Origin: Alphaproteobacteria bacterium
GTDB taxonomy: Bacteria; Pseudomonadota; Alphaproteobacteria; Bin95
Reading direction: 5' to 3'
Assembly (NCBI GenBank): GCA_963665325.3
Contig: OZ224045.1
Span: 256,001-320,000 of the forward strand
DNA: 64,000 bases
The notes below the pieces were generated by a model, which was not told the origin of the DNA, made no database searches, and was given only the letters and a program-made list of their open reading frames with translations. Both the position numbers and the translations under genes were made by a program. The stretch's first letter is position 1. Every line of letters begins with the position of its first letter. Positions 9,047-18,409 of the stretch are shown here, one piece after another.

Positions 9047-10378
9047 TCAGGCGGCCCGCTGCGCTGTTTCAAGCAGGTCGTTAACGACACGCTCCAGGTG
9101 GTTGAGCGTGTTGCATTCGCGCAAGAGATCACAATAGGGCCGGTAGCGGCGCATCTCGCTGTCTCCGGTGCCCCAGAGCGGCGGCGGTTCCGGATTGAGC
9201 CAGATGAGCCTCTTGCAGCGCTCGTGCATCTCTTTCAGATACTCCGCCTTGGGGTCGGTATTGTTCGACCGGGCGTCGCCGAGGAAGATGATCGTGGTGT
9301 TCCGGTCCACGTCGGCCAGAAAACTCTCGCGGAAATTGGTAAGCGATTCGCCGTAATCCGTCGGCATGTAGCCGACCTTCTGCATCACCTTGTCGGCGGC
9401 TTCGTCCGCAATGTTGTCCTTGAAGTGCTCCGAGACCTCGATGAGGTAGCCGGAAAAGGCAAAGCTCCGAATGTCATGCAGGAGCTCGTGCAGCTCATAG
9501 AGGAACTGCAGCAGGAACCGCGCAACGCTCGCCACGGAACCGCTGACATCGCAGATCGCCATGACCCGGGGCCGGTCGAGCTTGCGTTTCTTCCATTCCA
9601 GCTCGAACAGCACGCCGTCATTGCCGTAATTGCGGCGCATGGTGCGGCGGATGTCGAGCTGGCCCCGGTTCTTCATCTTGCGCCGCCGGGAATGGAGCGC
9701 CACCAGCCGGCGGCAGATCTTCTCCACGATGCGGCGCATCTGCTCGCGGTCGCGACGGTCGAGATTATCGAGCCGGGACCGCCGCAGACGGTCCTCGCGA
9801 AGCTCCTGCGAAGTCGCCGCGCCCTGCAGCGAAAGCTGCTGCTCGACATAGTTCCGCACCTGCTCGAACAGCCAGGCACGGCTTTCCTGCAAGGCCTGTC
9901 CGGCGCTGCCGCCGCCGCCCTGCCCGCCCATCGCCTGGATCTGCGCATCCACGCCTTCGACGCCCATCTGCTGGAGAACGCGCTGGGTATAGAGGCCGCG
10001 CTGGGTGAAAAAGCGGATGTTCTCGACGCCGACCTCAACTGCGGCCTCCTGCATGGCGAGCGCCAGCGCGGCGCGGTCGCCGGCTTCCAGCTTGGCGAGC
10101 AGGTCTCCGCCGTCAGCCTGTTCGTTCTCCTCCGTCTCCTCGCCGTCCCGGCGGTCATGAAAGCTCTCGAAGGCGAAGAATTCATCGAAGATACGGGTGA
10201 AGCCGGTCTTTTCCTCGGGCGTCTTGGCCAGCGCCATGGCAAGGGCGTCGTGCAGGCTTTGACGGTCCGACCAGCCCATCAGCCGCGCCGTTTCCATTGC
10301 ATCGAGGGTCTCGGCGACCGAAACGCGGATATCGGCCCCACGCAGGGCGGAGAGGAAGTTGGTAAAGGTGCGCTCCAT
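9047..10378 (-). CDS. VWA domain-containing protein, CoxE-like
   Basis: LDIRRTMRRN, MIDAS DVSGS, TDYG, GDARSN, IWLNPE; start MERTFTNF at 10378. Confidence 0.88.
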   Translation of the reverse strand: MERTFTNFLSALRGADIRVSVAETLDAMETARLMGWSDRQSLHDALAMALAKTPEEKTGFTRIFDEFFAFESFHDRRDGEETEENEQADGGDLLAKLEAGDRAALALAMQEAAVEVGVENIRFFTQRGLYTQRVLQQMGVEGVDAQIQAMGGQGGGGSAGQALQESRAWLFEQVRNYVEQQLSLQGAATSQELREDRLRRSRLDNLDRRDREQMRRIVEKICRRLVALHSRRRKMKNRGQLDIRRTMRRNYGNDGVLFELEWKKRKLDRPRVMAICDVSGSVASVARFLLQFLYELHELLHDIRSFAFSGYLIEVSEHFKDNIADEAADKVMQKVGYMPTDYGESLTNFRESFLADVDRNTTIIFLGDARSNNTDPKAEYLKEMHERCKRLIWLNPEPPPLWGTGDSEMRRYRPYCDLLRECNTLNHLERVVNDLLETAQRAA

Positions 10379-11334
10379 CAGGCACGCGCGCCGTCGGCCT
10401 TCTTCGCCTGGCGGGTAAACCCGTAGAGGTCCGCATCGACCGACTGGATGTCTTCCTCGAATTTGAGGAAAACATTGAGCGTTTCCCGAACCATGTCCGC
10501 TTCGAGTTCGTCGGCATGCAGGAGCAGCAGCACGCGCGCCCAGTCGATGGATTCGCTGACGGAGGGATGCTTCTTCAGGTCCAGTTCGCGCACCTGCTGC
10601 ACGAAGGAAACGAGCTGGTATTTGAGGTTGCGGGGAATCTCCGGAATGCGGGCCTGGATGATCTCCCGCTCCAGCCGTGCATCGGGAAACGGCACATAGA
10701 GATGCAGGCATCGCCGCTTGAGCGCGTCGCTCATCTCGCGCGTATTGTTGGAGGTGAGGAACACGACAGGGCGCCGCTCCGCCTTGATCGTCCCGAGTTC
10801 CGGAATCGAGACCTGGAATTCGGAGAGGATTTCCAGAAGGAAGGCTTCGAATTCGTGGTCCGACTTGTCCACTTCATCGATCAGCAACACCGCACCGCCG
10901 GGTTCGCGCAGTGCTTTCAGTAAGGGGCGCGGCGCCAGGAAACGCTCTGAGAAAAAGACATCCGCATGGGCATGCAGCCGGTCCATGGACTCTTTGATTC
11001 CCTGCGCCTCGCCCAGCACTTCTCCCAGCTTGTCCCGCAGAATCTGTGTGTAGAGAAGTTGCTTGGCGTAGCGCCATTCGTACAGCGCCTTGGACTCGTC
11101 CAGACCCTCGTAACACTGCAGCCGGATGAGCGGCAGGTCCAGATAGGCTGCCGTCGTGTTCGCAAGCTCCGTCTTGCCGACGCCGGCAGGGCCCTCGACG
11201 AGAACAGGCTTGCCGAGATGGCCCGCAACATAGATCGCCGTTGCAATCTGGCGCGAACAGATATAGCCGAGTTCCGCGTAGCCTTCGCGGACGCGTTCGA
11301 TGGACTCCAGCTTTTCCAATTGTTCAGGGGTCAT
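10378..11334 (-). CDS. MoxR-family AAA+ ATPase, CoxD-like
   Basis: Walker A GPAGVGKT, RLQCYEGLD, LLIDEVDK, LTSNNTREMSDALKRRC. Confidence 0.9.
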   Translation of the reverse strand: MTPEQLEKLESIERVREGYAELGYICSRQIATAIYVAGHLGKPVLVEGPAGVGKTELANTTAAYLDLPLIRLQCYEGLDESKALYEWRYAKQLLYTQILRDKLGEVLGEAQGIKESMDRLHAHADVFFSERFLAPRPLLKALREPGGAVLLIDEVDKSDHEFEAFLLEILSEFQVSIPELGTIKAERRPVVFLTSNNTREMSDALKRRCLHLYVPFPDARLEREIIQARIPEIPRNLKYQLVSFVQQVRELDLKKHPSVSESIDWARVLLLLHADELEADMVRETLNVFLKFEEDIQSVDADLYGFTRQAKKADGARA

Positions 11335-11459
11335 ATCTTGTCCGGAGAAGAGAGAGCGGCGGATATTGCCCGCTGCTTCGGGTCGATACAACCGATCCAA
11401 GTCGTGTGAAACCGCCGCATGACGCGCGCTTGCTCATATCCCGAATTGCGCCTGCTTTC

Positions 11460-12332
11460 ATGAGGCCGGACAAGCCGGGGCGCGGCATCGCCCTCATGAT
11501 CCTCGCTATGGCGATGCTGGCCGGCCTCGACGCCATCGGCAAACTCGCGACCCAGACCTATCCGGTGTCGCAGGTGCTGTTCCTGCGCTTCGCCATGTTC
11601 CTCGCTTTCGCGCTGGCTCTCGCTGCCCGGCGCGGCGGCATCCGGGCGAGATTGCGCACGCGGCACGTTCGCCTCCAGGTTTTCCGGTCCCTGGTTCTGG
11701 CGCTTGAGATGTGGCTGTTCGTCTATGCGATCTCGAAGCTGGCGCTGGCGGATGTCCACGCGGTTGCGGCCGTTTCGCCTCTGATCGCAACCGCGCTTGC
11801 CGTGCCGATTCTGCGCGAGCGGGTGGGTCCATGGCGCTGGGCCGCAGTGGCGGCAGGCTTCGTCGGCACGCTGATCGTGATACGGCCCGGTATCGGCGTA
11901 TTCGACCCGCTGACCATCGTGCCGCTCGTCGCGGCCTTCGGGTGGGCCTACTACCAGATACTGCTTCGGCGCCTGCGGGAGGAACCTCCCGAGACGACGC
12001 TGCTCTACACCGCGATCGTCGGCGCGGCAGTCTGGAGCGCGTCCGTGCCTTTCGCCTGGCATCCCCCGGACGCTTATGGATGGGCGCTCCTCGGCGCGGT
12101 CGGGGCGATCGGAATTGTCACGCACGGCCTCCTCATTCTTGCAGCGCGGGAGGCCCCGGCATCGGTACTGCAACCGTTCACCTACACCCTTCTGGTCTGG
12201 GCAACGCTTTGGGGATGGGTCGGGTTCGGCGCCTTTCCCGATTCCTGGACGATTGTCGGGGCATCTGTCGTCGTAGCCAGCGGGCTCGTCGCAATCTGGC
12301 GGGAACACCGGCATGCCGCGCGCCATCTGTAA
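11460..12332 (+). CDS. DMT/EamA family transporter
   Basis: About 10 hydrophobic segments; LRERVGPWRW, LIVIRPG, APASVLQPFTY. Confidence 0.88.
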   Translation: MRPDKPGRGIALMILAMAMLAGLDAIGKLATQTYPVSQVLFLRFAMFLAFALALAARRGGIRARLRTRHVRLQVFRSLVLALEMWLFVYAISKLALADVHAVAAVSPLIATALAVPILRERVGPWRWAAVAAGFVGTLIVIRPGIGVFDPLTIVPLVAAFGWAYYQILLRRLREEPPETTLLYTAIVGAAVWSASVPFAWHPPDAYGWALLGAVGAIGIVTHGLLILAAREAPASVLQPFTYTLLVWATLWGWVGFGAFPDSWTIVGASVVVASGLVAIWREHRHAARHL

Positions 12333-12410
12333 CGATCCGGGGAAGCCTGCCATACCGGCCGGGCCCGGCAATTCGTGCATAATGCAGGCAACGCAAATCG
12401 GGGGCTTTCC

Positions 12411-13421
12411 ATGCAGTTCGTTCTGGCAATTCGGGGCCAGTTTCCACCCGGAGACGACATGAATGTGCGTTTCGAAGAGCTGATGGAGCAGGTCCGTCTG
12501 GCGAAACGGCTCGGCTTCAACGGCATCGCCAAGTCCTGCCACTACAGCTCCTCGCCCTGGCAGGAAATCCAGCAGATTCCATTCCTCGCCCGCGCGGCGG
12601 CGGAGGCCCCCGGCCTCACCTTCCTCACCTCCATCGTGCTGCTGCCCCTGCACAAACCGCTGGAGATTGCCGAGCAGGCCGCGGCGCTCGACCTGTTCAC
12701 CGGTGGGCGTTTCATCCTCGGCGTCGGCATCGGCTACCGCGATGTCGAGTTCAAGGCGTTCGGCACCAGCCAGAAGGAGCGCGTGCCGCGGCTGGTGGAG
12801 AATATCCAGGCGATCAGGCGTTTGTGGACCGAAGATGCGGTGACGATGAAGGGCTCGCATTTCGAGCTCGACGGCGCGGTCTGCTCGCTGAAGCCCAGTC
12901 GCCCGCCGCCTATCTGGATCGGGGCCAATGCCGATCCGGCTATCCGCCGGGCAGCCCATATTGCCGACAGCTGGATGATCAACCCGCACAACCGTATCGA
13001 CACGATCCTGCGCCAGATCGAGGTTTACAAGCGGGCCTTGGACGAAGCGGGCAAGCCCTGGCCGGAAACATTGCCGCTGGCGCGGGAGATGTTCGTGGCC
13101 CGCACCCGCGCCGAGGCGATTCGGCTCGCCCGTCCCTATCTCGAAGCCAAATACAAGGCGTATGACAGTTGGGGGCAAGGCGCCGCAATGCCGGAAGGCG
13201 ACAACGATCTCGGCCAGGCGTTCGACGATCTCGCCCGCGACCGGTTCCTGTTCGGCTCGGCCGACGAGGTGGCCGAGCAGATCGTGGGCATGATGCGGGC
13301 GACCGGCGCCAACCAACTGTCCTGCCCCATCCAGTGGCCGGGAATGCCCCATGAGGTTGTCGTCGAACAGATGCATGTGATGGCGGAAGAGGTCGTGCCG
13401 CTTGTGAAGCAGGGACTGTAG
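12411..13421 (+). CDS. LLM class flavin-dependent oxidoreductase
   Basis: LLPLHKPLEIAEQAAALDLFTGGRFILGVGIGYR, PPIWIGAN. Confidence 0.9.
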   Translation: MQFVLAIRGQFPPGDDMNVRFEELMEQVRLAKRLGFNGIAKSCHYSSSPWQEIQQIPFLARAAAEAPGLTFLTSIVLLPLHKPLEIAEQAAALDLFTGGRFILGVGIGYRDVEFKAFGTSQKERVPRLVENIQAIRRLWTEDAVTMKGSHFELDGAVCSLKPSRPPPIWIGANADPAIRRAAHIADSWMINPHNRIDTILRQIEVYKRALDEAGKPWPETLPLAREMFVARTRAEAIRLARPYLEAKYKAYDSWGQGAAMPEGDNDLGQAFDDLARDRFLFGSADEVAEQIVGMMRATGANQLSCPIQWPGMPHEVVVEQMHVMAEEVVPLVKQGL

Positions 13422-13424
13422 GCC

Positions 13425-14441
13425 ATGCAATTCGGGTTGATGACGCGCGGCCAGTACGAGCTTGGCGACGACATGCAGCGCCGCTTCGCGGAGCTTGCAG
13501 AGCAGGTGCGGCTGGCGGACCGCCTCGGGTTTGCGTCCCTTACCAAGGGCTCCCACTACAGCGCCTGGCCTTATCAGGACTTCCAGCAGCTGCCCTATCT
13601 CACCCGGATGATGGCGGAGGCTCCCAATCTGCGGCTCAATGCCGGCATCATCCTGCTGCCGCTGCACAAGCCGCTCGATCTGGCCGAGCAATTGGCCACC
13701 ATGGATGTGATGTCGGGCGGGCGCATGATCGCGGGTGTCGGCCTCGGCTATCGAGATGTGGAGTTCGACGGCTTTGGTACGAACCGCCCGGAACGGATTC
13801 GCCGCTTCGAGGAGAACCTTGAGGCGATGAAACGCCTCTGGACGGAAGACAAAGTCACCATGGAGGGCACGCATTTCGCGCTCCGCGAAGCGTCCTGCCC
13901 CACCAAGCCGGTCCAGAAGCCGCATCCGCCGATCTGGATCGGCGCCAATGCCGACTCCGCCATCCGCCGGGCGGCCCGACTCGGAACCTGCTGGTACATC
14001 AATCCCCACAACCGGATTTCGACGATCCGCGAACAAATGGATGTTTATCGCCGTGCGCTTGACGAACTCGACAAGCCTATGCCCGAGGAGTTGCCGATCC
14101 GCCGCGAGGTGTTCGTCGCCGACAGCCGCGAGGAGGCGATCCGGCTCTGCGGCCCGCATCTGGCAGGCAAATACGCCGTCTATGCCTCCTGGGGCCAGGA
14201 CAAGGCGATGCCGGCTGGGGATTCCGATCTGACCGCTGCCTTCGAGGACCTCGCCCGCGATCGCTTCCTCGTCGGCTCCGCGGACGAAGTGGCAGAGCAG
14301 ATGATCGCGCTGGCGCGCGCCACCGGCGTCAACCACATCGTAATGAGCATCCAGTGGTCCGGCGTGCCGCAAAGCCTTGCGTTGGAGACCTTGCAACGCC
14401 TTGCCGAGGACGTGTTCCCCAAGGTCCGCCAGGGGCTGTAA
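13425..14441 (+). CDS. LLM class flavin-dependent oxidoreductase (tandem paralogue)
   Basis: LLPLHKPLDLAEQLATMDVMSGGR, PHPPIWIGAN; collinear with upstream gene. Confidence 0.9.
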   Translation: MQFGLMTRGQYELGDDMQRRFAELAEQVRLADRLGFASLTKGSHYSAWPYQDFQQLPYLTRMMAEAPNLRLNAGIILLPLHKPLDLAEQLATMDVMSGGRMIAGVGLGYRDVEFDGFGTNRPERIRRFEENLEAMKRLWTEDKVTMEGTHFALREASCPTKPVQKPHPPIWIGANADSAIRRAARLGTCWYINPHNRISTIREQMDVYRRALDELDKPMPEELPIRREVFVADSREEAIRLCGPHLAGKYAVYASWGQDKAMPAGDSDLTAAFEDLARDRFLVGSADEVAEQMIALARATGVNHIVMSIQWSGVPQSLALETLQRLAEDVFPKVRQGL

Positions 14442-14481
14442 CGGCCGCCGCGGGGCCTCATCCCCGGGGAGGGGGTGCGGG

Positions 14482-14970
14482 ATGTCATGAAATGTCATGT
14501 TTTGCAGATTTCCCTGTTTTGTCCTGCCTGCACCAGCCTTTCCTTCCGCTCCCGTTTCGTTCCGACCGCCAGGGAACCCGGGGGGCGTCATGAAATGTCA
14601 TGTTTTGTCGTGTTCCGGGGCATCGCCTGCCTTTCCATGCCGGGTCTCTCCTGCATCGTTTCTCCTTCCCGTTCCCCGCCTCCCGGCAGCGGGACCCTTT
14701 TTCGCGCGTATCGCGCGCGGGGGGGCGGGCGCCCGTTGGCGCCGGCGCGGTTTGCGCGCCTGATTGCGCCTGCGCGCGCCCGTGCGCGTGACCCCGGGCG
14801 CGGGGCGCACGTCTCCCGTCGGTTTCTCAAGGGTCTTTTCGCGCCGGCGCGAACCGGGGGAAGAGGCGGCCCCGCGCGGATGCCGCTCCTTTTCTCCCGC
14901 CTTATATCGGAACGAGCTTCCCGATGTCAATCTTTTTCAGGAAATAATTCTAACAAAAAAAGAACAAACG
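14482..14970 (-). repeat. dispersed ~350-bp structured intergenic element, copy A, plus a partial duplicate of its repeat end (14482-14586)
   Basis: Shares ordered blocks with 32965-33325: GTCATGAAATGTCATGTTTTGTCRTGTTCC, CGCGCGTATCGCG, GCGCCGGCGCGGTT, CCTGATTGCGCC, TTCGCG-CGGCGCGAA, CGCGCGGATGCC, GTCAA. Confidence 0.85.
14901..14930 (-). promoter_or_regulatory. sigma70-like promoter of repeat copy A
   Basis: Minus strand TTGACA-N18-TATAAG, with an AT-rich tract upstream (14931-14970). Confidence 0.6.
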
Positions 14971-15037
14971 ATTGCAATCGGATACAGTTGTCCGATTCTC
15001 CTCCGGCTTGCGGGAGCGGCCGGAGCGTGAGGCCGGG

Positions 15038-15418
15038 TCATTCGACGGCGATGAGCGCGGCGGCGACACGACGGTCTTCCGCCATCAGCACATTGTAGGT
15101 GCGGCAGGCCGCGCCCGTATCCATAGCGTCGGCGACCATACCCTCGGCCCGGATCGCCTCGCGCAACGTCCGGGGAAGAAGTTCCGCCCGGCCGCCGCAG
15201 CCGATGAGGAGGATTTCGGGGGTGTCCTCTCCCTCCGTCAACGGCATGAGGCTTTCCAGCGTAAGGTCCTGGAAGTCCGTCACGGGCCAGGCGGACGCAA
15301 TGTCGGGACGCAACAGGACCGAACCGGCCCACACGGTTCCTGAAATCCGGAAACCCCCGCCCCCGTAGCTTTCGACGACCTGCCGGCCTTGCGGAACGAC
15401 AGGGCTGATGTCGGTCAT
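15038..15418 (-). CDS. Mth938-like domain protein
   Basis: YGGGGFRISG, ILLIGCG, MDTGAACRTYNVLMAEDRRVAAAL; usual position after secF. Confidence 0.92.
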   Translation of the reverse strand: MTDISPVVPQGRQVVESYGGGGFRISGTVWAGSVLLRPDIASAWPVTDFQDLTLESLMPLTEGEDTPEILLIGCGGRAELLPRTLREAIRAEGMVADAMDTGAACRTYNVLMAEDRRVAAALIAVE

Positions 15419-16365
15419 TGGTCGCCGAGCGTGCGCGCGACTTCGGCATCGTCAGGCAGGTCGTCCGTTGCGCTTGGACGCACCCCCATCCACAGCAGCG
15501 TGGCCGATGCGATCCAGACCGAGGAATAGGTGCCGATGATGACGCCCCAGATCATCGCGAAGGCGAAATCGCGGATGACCTCGCCGCCAAGGAAGAACAG
15601 GGAAAGCAGGGCGAGCAGCGTGGTCACGGAGGTCATGACCGTGCGCGACAGGGTCTCGTTGACCGACCGGTTCAGCAGATCAATCATCGGCAGGGTCTTG
15701 TAACGGCGCAGGTTCTCGCGCACCCGGTCGAAGACGACCACCGTGTCGTTGATCGAATAGCCGGCGATGGTCAGCACGGCGGCAACGGTCGATAGGTTGA
15801 ATTCCAGCTGCAGGATCGAGAAGATGCCCACCGTCGTGATGACGTCGTGGGCCAGCGCCAGCACGGCGCCCACACCGAATTGCCATTCGAACCGGAACCA
15901 GATGTAGGCCATGATCGCCAGCAGCGCGAGCGCCACGGAAATCGCGCCCGCCTCGATCAGCTCGCCCCCGACCTTGGGTCCGACGACCTCGACCCGGCGA
16001 TACTCCTCGACACTGTCGCCGAGCGCCTCTTTCACGGCGGCGACCGTGGCCTGCTGGGCGGCATCGCCGCCCGGCTGTTGCTGGATGCGGATCAGCACAT
16101 CGGTCGGCTGGCCGAACTCCTGCAGGCCGACCTCACCTCTGTCCAGTGCGGAGAGCGTCTGGCGCATCCCCGAGATATCGGCCGGTCCCTTCGTGCGCAC
16201 CTCGATCAGGGTGCCGCCGACGAAATCGATGCCGAAGTTCAGGCTCTGCACCGCCAGCGACGCTACCGAAACCAGGATCAGAACGATCGAGACGATATAG
16301 GCGCGCTTGCGCAGCGCAATGAAGCGGTAGTTGGTGTCGGGCGGTATCAGCCGTAACGGTCGCAT
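15415..16365 (-). CDS. secF: protein translocase subunit SecF
   Basis: NFGIDFVGG, VGPKVG, IWFRFEWQFG, GYSINDTVVVFDRVREN. Confidence 0.97.
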   Translation of the reverse strand: MRPLRLIPPDTNYRFIALRKRAYIVSIVLILVSVASLAVQSLNFGIDFVGGTLIEVRTKGPADISGMRQTLSALDRGEVGLQEFGQPTDVLIRIQQQPGGDAAQQATVAAVKEALGDSVEEYRRVEVVGPKVGGELIEAGAISVALALLAIMAYIWFRFEWQFGVGAVLALAHDVITTVGIFSILQLEFNLSTVAAVLTIAGYSINDTVVVFDRVRENLRRYKTLPMIDLLNRSVNETLSRTVMTSVTTLLALLSLFFLGGEVIRDFAFAMIWGVIIGTYSSVWIASATLLWMGVRPSATDDLPDDAEVARTLGDQ

Positions 16366-16381
16366 TGTTCCTGCCCGCCCC

Positions 16382-17944
16382 TCAGATCGGCAACATTTGC
16401 GGGCGCCGGCGGCGAACCCACAAAACGACCATCAGCCTCGTGACCCAGATCGCGGTGAACATGGAGGTCACGATGCCGATGGCCAGCGTAACGGCGAAGC
16501 CCTTGACCGGCCCGGAGCCGAACCAGAACAGGAGGGTCGCGGCAATCAGGGTTGTGAGGTTCGCGTCGATGATTGTCTTGAGCGCCCGGTCGTAGCCGGC
16601 GTCGATGGCTCCGATCACGCCGCGCCCGACCCTCGCTTCCTCGCGAATGCGCTCGAAGATCAGCACATTGGCATCCACCGCCATGCCGATGGTCAGCACG
16701 ATGCCGGCGATGCCGGGCAAAGTGAGCGTGGCCTGGAGCAGCGACAGCGCGCCGAAAATGAGCGCCATGTTGAACACCAGCGCGATGTTCGCCATGAGGC
16801 CGAAGAGGCCGTAGACCACGACCATGAAGACCAGCACGGCGACCATGCCGATGATGCTCGCCGCCTTGCCGGCGTCGATGGAGTCCTGCCCGAGGCCCGG
16901 GCCGACCGTGCGCTCCTCCAGATAGATCAGGGGCGCCGGCAGCGCGCCGGCGCGCAGCAGCAGCGCCAGGTTCTGCGCTTCGGTCAGTGAGAACGACCCG
17001 GAAATGATGCCCGATCCGCCGAGGATCGGCTCGTTGATTCTGGGCGCGCTGATGACCTCGTTGTCGAGCACGATCGCCAGGGGCCGCCCCACATGCTCGC
17101 CCGTGGTGCGGCCGAACTGCCGCGCGCCGACCGAGTCGAAGCGGAAGCTAACCACCGGCTGCCCGTCCTGGAAGGTCTGCTGGGCATCGACCAGGCGCTC
17201 GCCCGAAACGCGCACCCGCTTTTCGACGAGATAATCGATCACCTGCCCGACCGGGTCCGTGCCCTTGAGCCAGCGCGCGCCGGGCGGCGCCGCGGCGGTC
17301 GGGTCCGCATTCCTCTGGTCCAGAAGATGGAAGGTGAGCTTGGCAGTCTGGGTGAGAAGCTCCTTGATGGCGTCCGGATCGTCCACGCCCGGAAGCTGCA
17401 CGATGATGCGGTCTGCGCCGTGGCGCTGGATCGTCGGTTCCCTGAGCCCGAGCTCGTTCAGCCGGATACGCAGGATTTCCAGCGTCTGCTCGACGGCCGC
17501 ACTCTCGACGTCGACGACCACTTCCGGGGGATATTCCAGCCGCGCGGCCCCGCTGTCGTCGATTTCGACTAGCACGAGGCTGTCCCGCTCGGCGATCAGG
17601 CGCCGCGCGCTTTCGATGTCCCTCACGTCGCGCAATGAGAACACAACGGCGTTGCCCCGCACTCCGAGGCCCCGATAGCCGATCCGGACATCGCGCAGGC
17701 CGCGGCGGACGTTATCCTCCACCGCCTCGAGGCGTTCCTGCATCACGGCGCTCGTCTGCACCTCGATCAGCAGGTGCGCGCCGCCTTGCAGGTCAAGCCC
17801 GAGATTGACGGTCTTGTGCGGTATCCAGCTCGGCAGGTCCGTTCCGAGATTGTCCGACCGCCAGAAATTCGGCGATGCGTAGATCAGGCCGAGCGCGCAA
17901 ATCGCCAGGATGACGACGATCTTCCACCTGGCGAAATAGAGCAT
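16382..17944 (-). CDS. secD: protein translocase subunit SecD
   Basis: LGLDLQGG, LLLRAGALPAPL, LTLPGIAGIVLTIGMAVDANVLIFERIREE. Confidence 0.97.
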   Translation of the reverse strand: MLYFARWKIVVILAICALGLIYASPNFWRSDNLGTDLPSWIPHKTVNLGLDLQGGAHLLIEVQTSAVMQERLEAVEDNVRRGLRDVRIGYRGLGVRGNAVVFSLRDVRDIESARRLIAERDSLVLVEIDDSGAARLEYPPEVVVDVESAAVEQTLEILRIRLNELGLREPTIQRHGADRIIVQLPGVDDPDAIKELLTQTAKLTFHLLDQRNADPTAAAPPGARWLKGTDPVGQVIDYLVEKRVRVSGERLVDAQQTFQDGQPVVSFRFDSVGARQFGRTTGEHVGRPLAIVLDNEVISAPRINEPILGGSGIISGSFSLTEAQNLALLLRAGALPAPLIYLEERTVGPGLGQDSIDAGKAASIIGMVAVLVFMVVVYGLFGLMANIALVFNMALIFGALSLLQATLTLPGIAGIVLTIGMAVDANVLIFERIREEARVGRGVIGAIDAGYDRALKTIIDANLTTLIAATLLFWFGSGPVKGFAVTLAIGIVTSMFTAIWVTRLMVVLWVRRRRPQMLPI

Positions 17945-17950
17945 TGCCGG

Positions 17951-18340
17951 TTAGTTGCCCCTGCGGCCGAACAGTCCGCCGAGGAGGCTGCCGCCCCCTA
18001 CCGGGCCAGCCGGCGCAGCTGCCTGGCCCGGCTGGGGTTTGGACAGCACATCGGTAATCTGCGAACGAACCATGCGTACTCGCACGCCTTCCGCAATCTC
18101 CACCAGCACTTCGTGCTCGTTGCTTACCCGAGCGACCACGCCCATGATTCCGCCGGCTGTCACCACCTTGTCACCGCGCTTGAGCGCCGCCACCAGTTCG
18201 CGATGCGCCTTGGCCTTCTTCTGCTGCGGGCGGATCAGCAGGAAGTAGAACACGACGAAGATGAGGATGATCGGCAACAGGCCGGTCAGCATGTCGCCGC
18301 CGCCCCCGCCTGACTGTGCGTAGGCCGGTGAGATCAGCAT
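17951..18340 (-). CDS. yajC: preprotein translocase subunit YajC
   Basis: FYFLLIRPQQKK, GDKVVTAGGI. Confidence 0.96.
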   Translation of the reverse strand: MLISPAYAQSGGGGGDMLTGLLPIILIFVVFYFLLIRPQQKKAKAHRELVAALKRGDKVVTAGGIMGVVARVSNEHEVLVEIAEGVRVRMVRSQITDVLSKPQPGQAAAPAGPVGGGSLLGGLFGRRGN

Positions 18341-18409
18341 GGGAAGGCCCCTCCGAAAGGACGCGCGACTATAGCCGCCGATGCCGTCCGCGCAAGCGCC
18401 GTTGCCCGG

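Noticed and set aside
11331-14591. 1086-aa minus-strand ORF and many similar long antisense ORFs (e.g. 47614-49755, 37085-39031, 8561-10426)
   Set aside because: Shadows of well-supported genes on the other strand in GC-rich DNA; no recognisable motifs
14484-14612. TGTCAT repeats as Pho boxes
   Set aside because: The core resembles the PhoB heptamer, but Pho boxes repeat every 11 bp; these repeat every 10 bp and are not upstream of phosphate genes
14482-14620. CRISPR array from the two GTCATGAAATGTCATGTTTTG copies
   Set aside because: Only two copies, ~80 bp apart, no cas genes; better explained by partial duplication of the element
14475-15098. Protein-coding interpretation of the element ORFs (MKCHVL..., ...TKHDIS)
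   Set aside because: Reading frames are not conserved between copies A and B, and composition is low-complexity Arg/Ala/Pro
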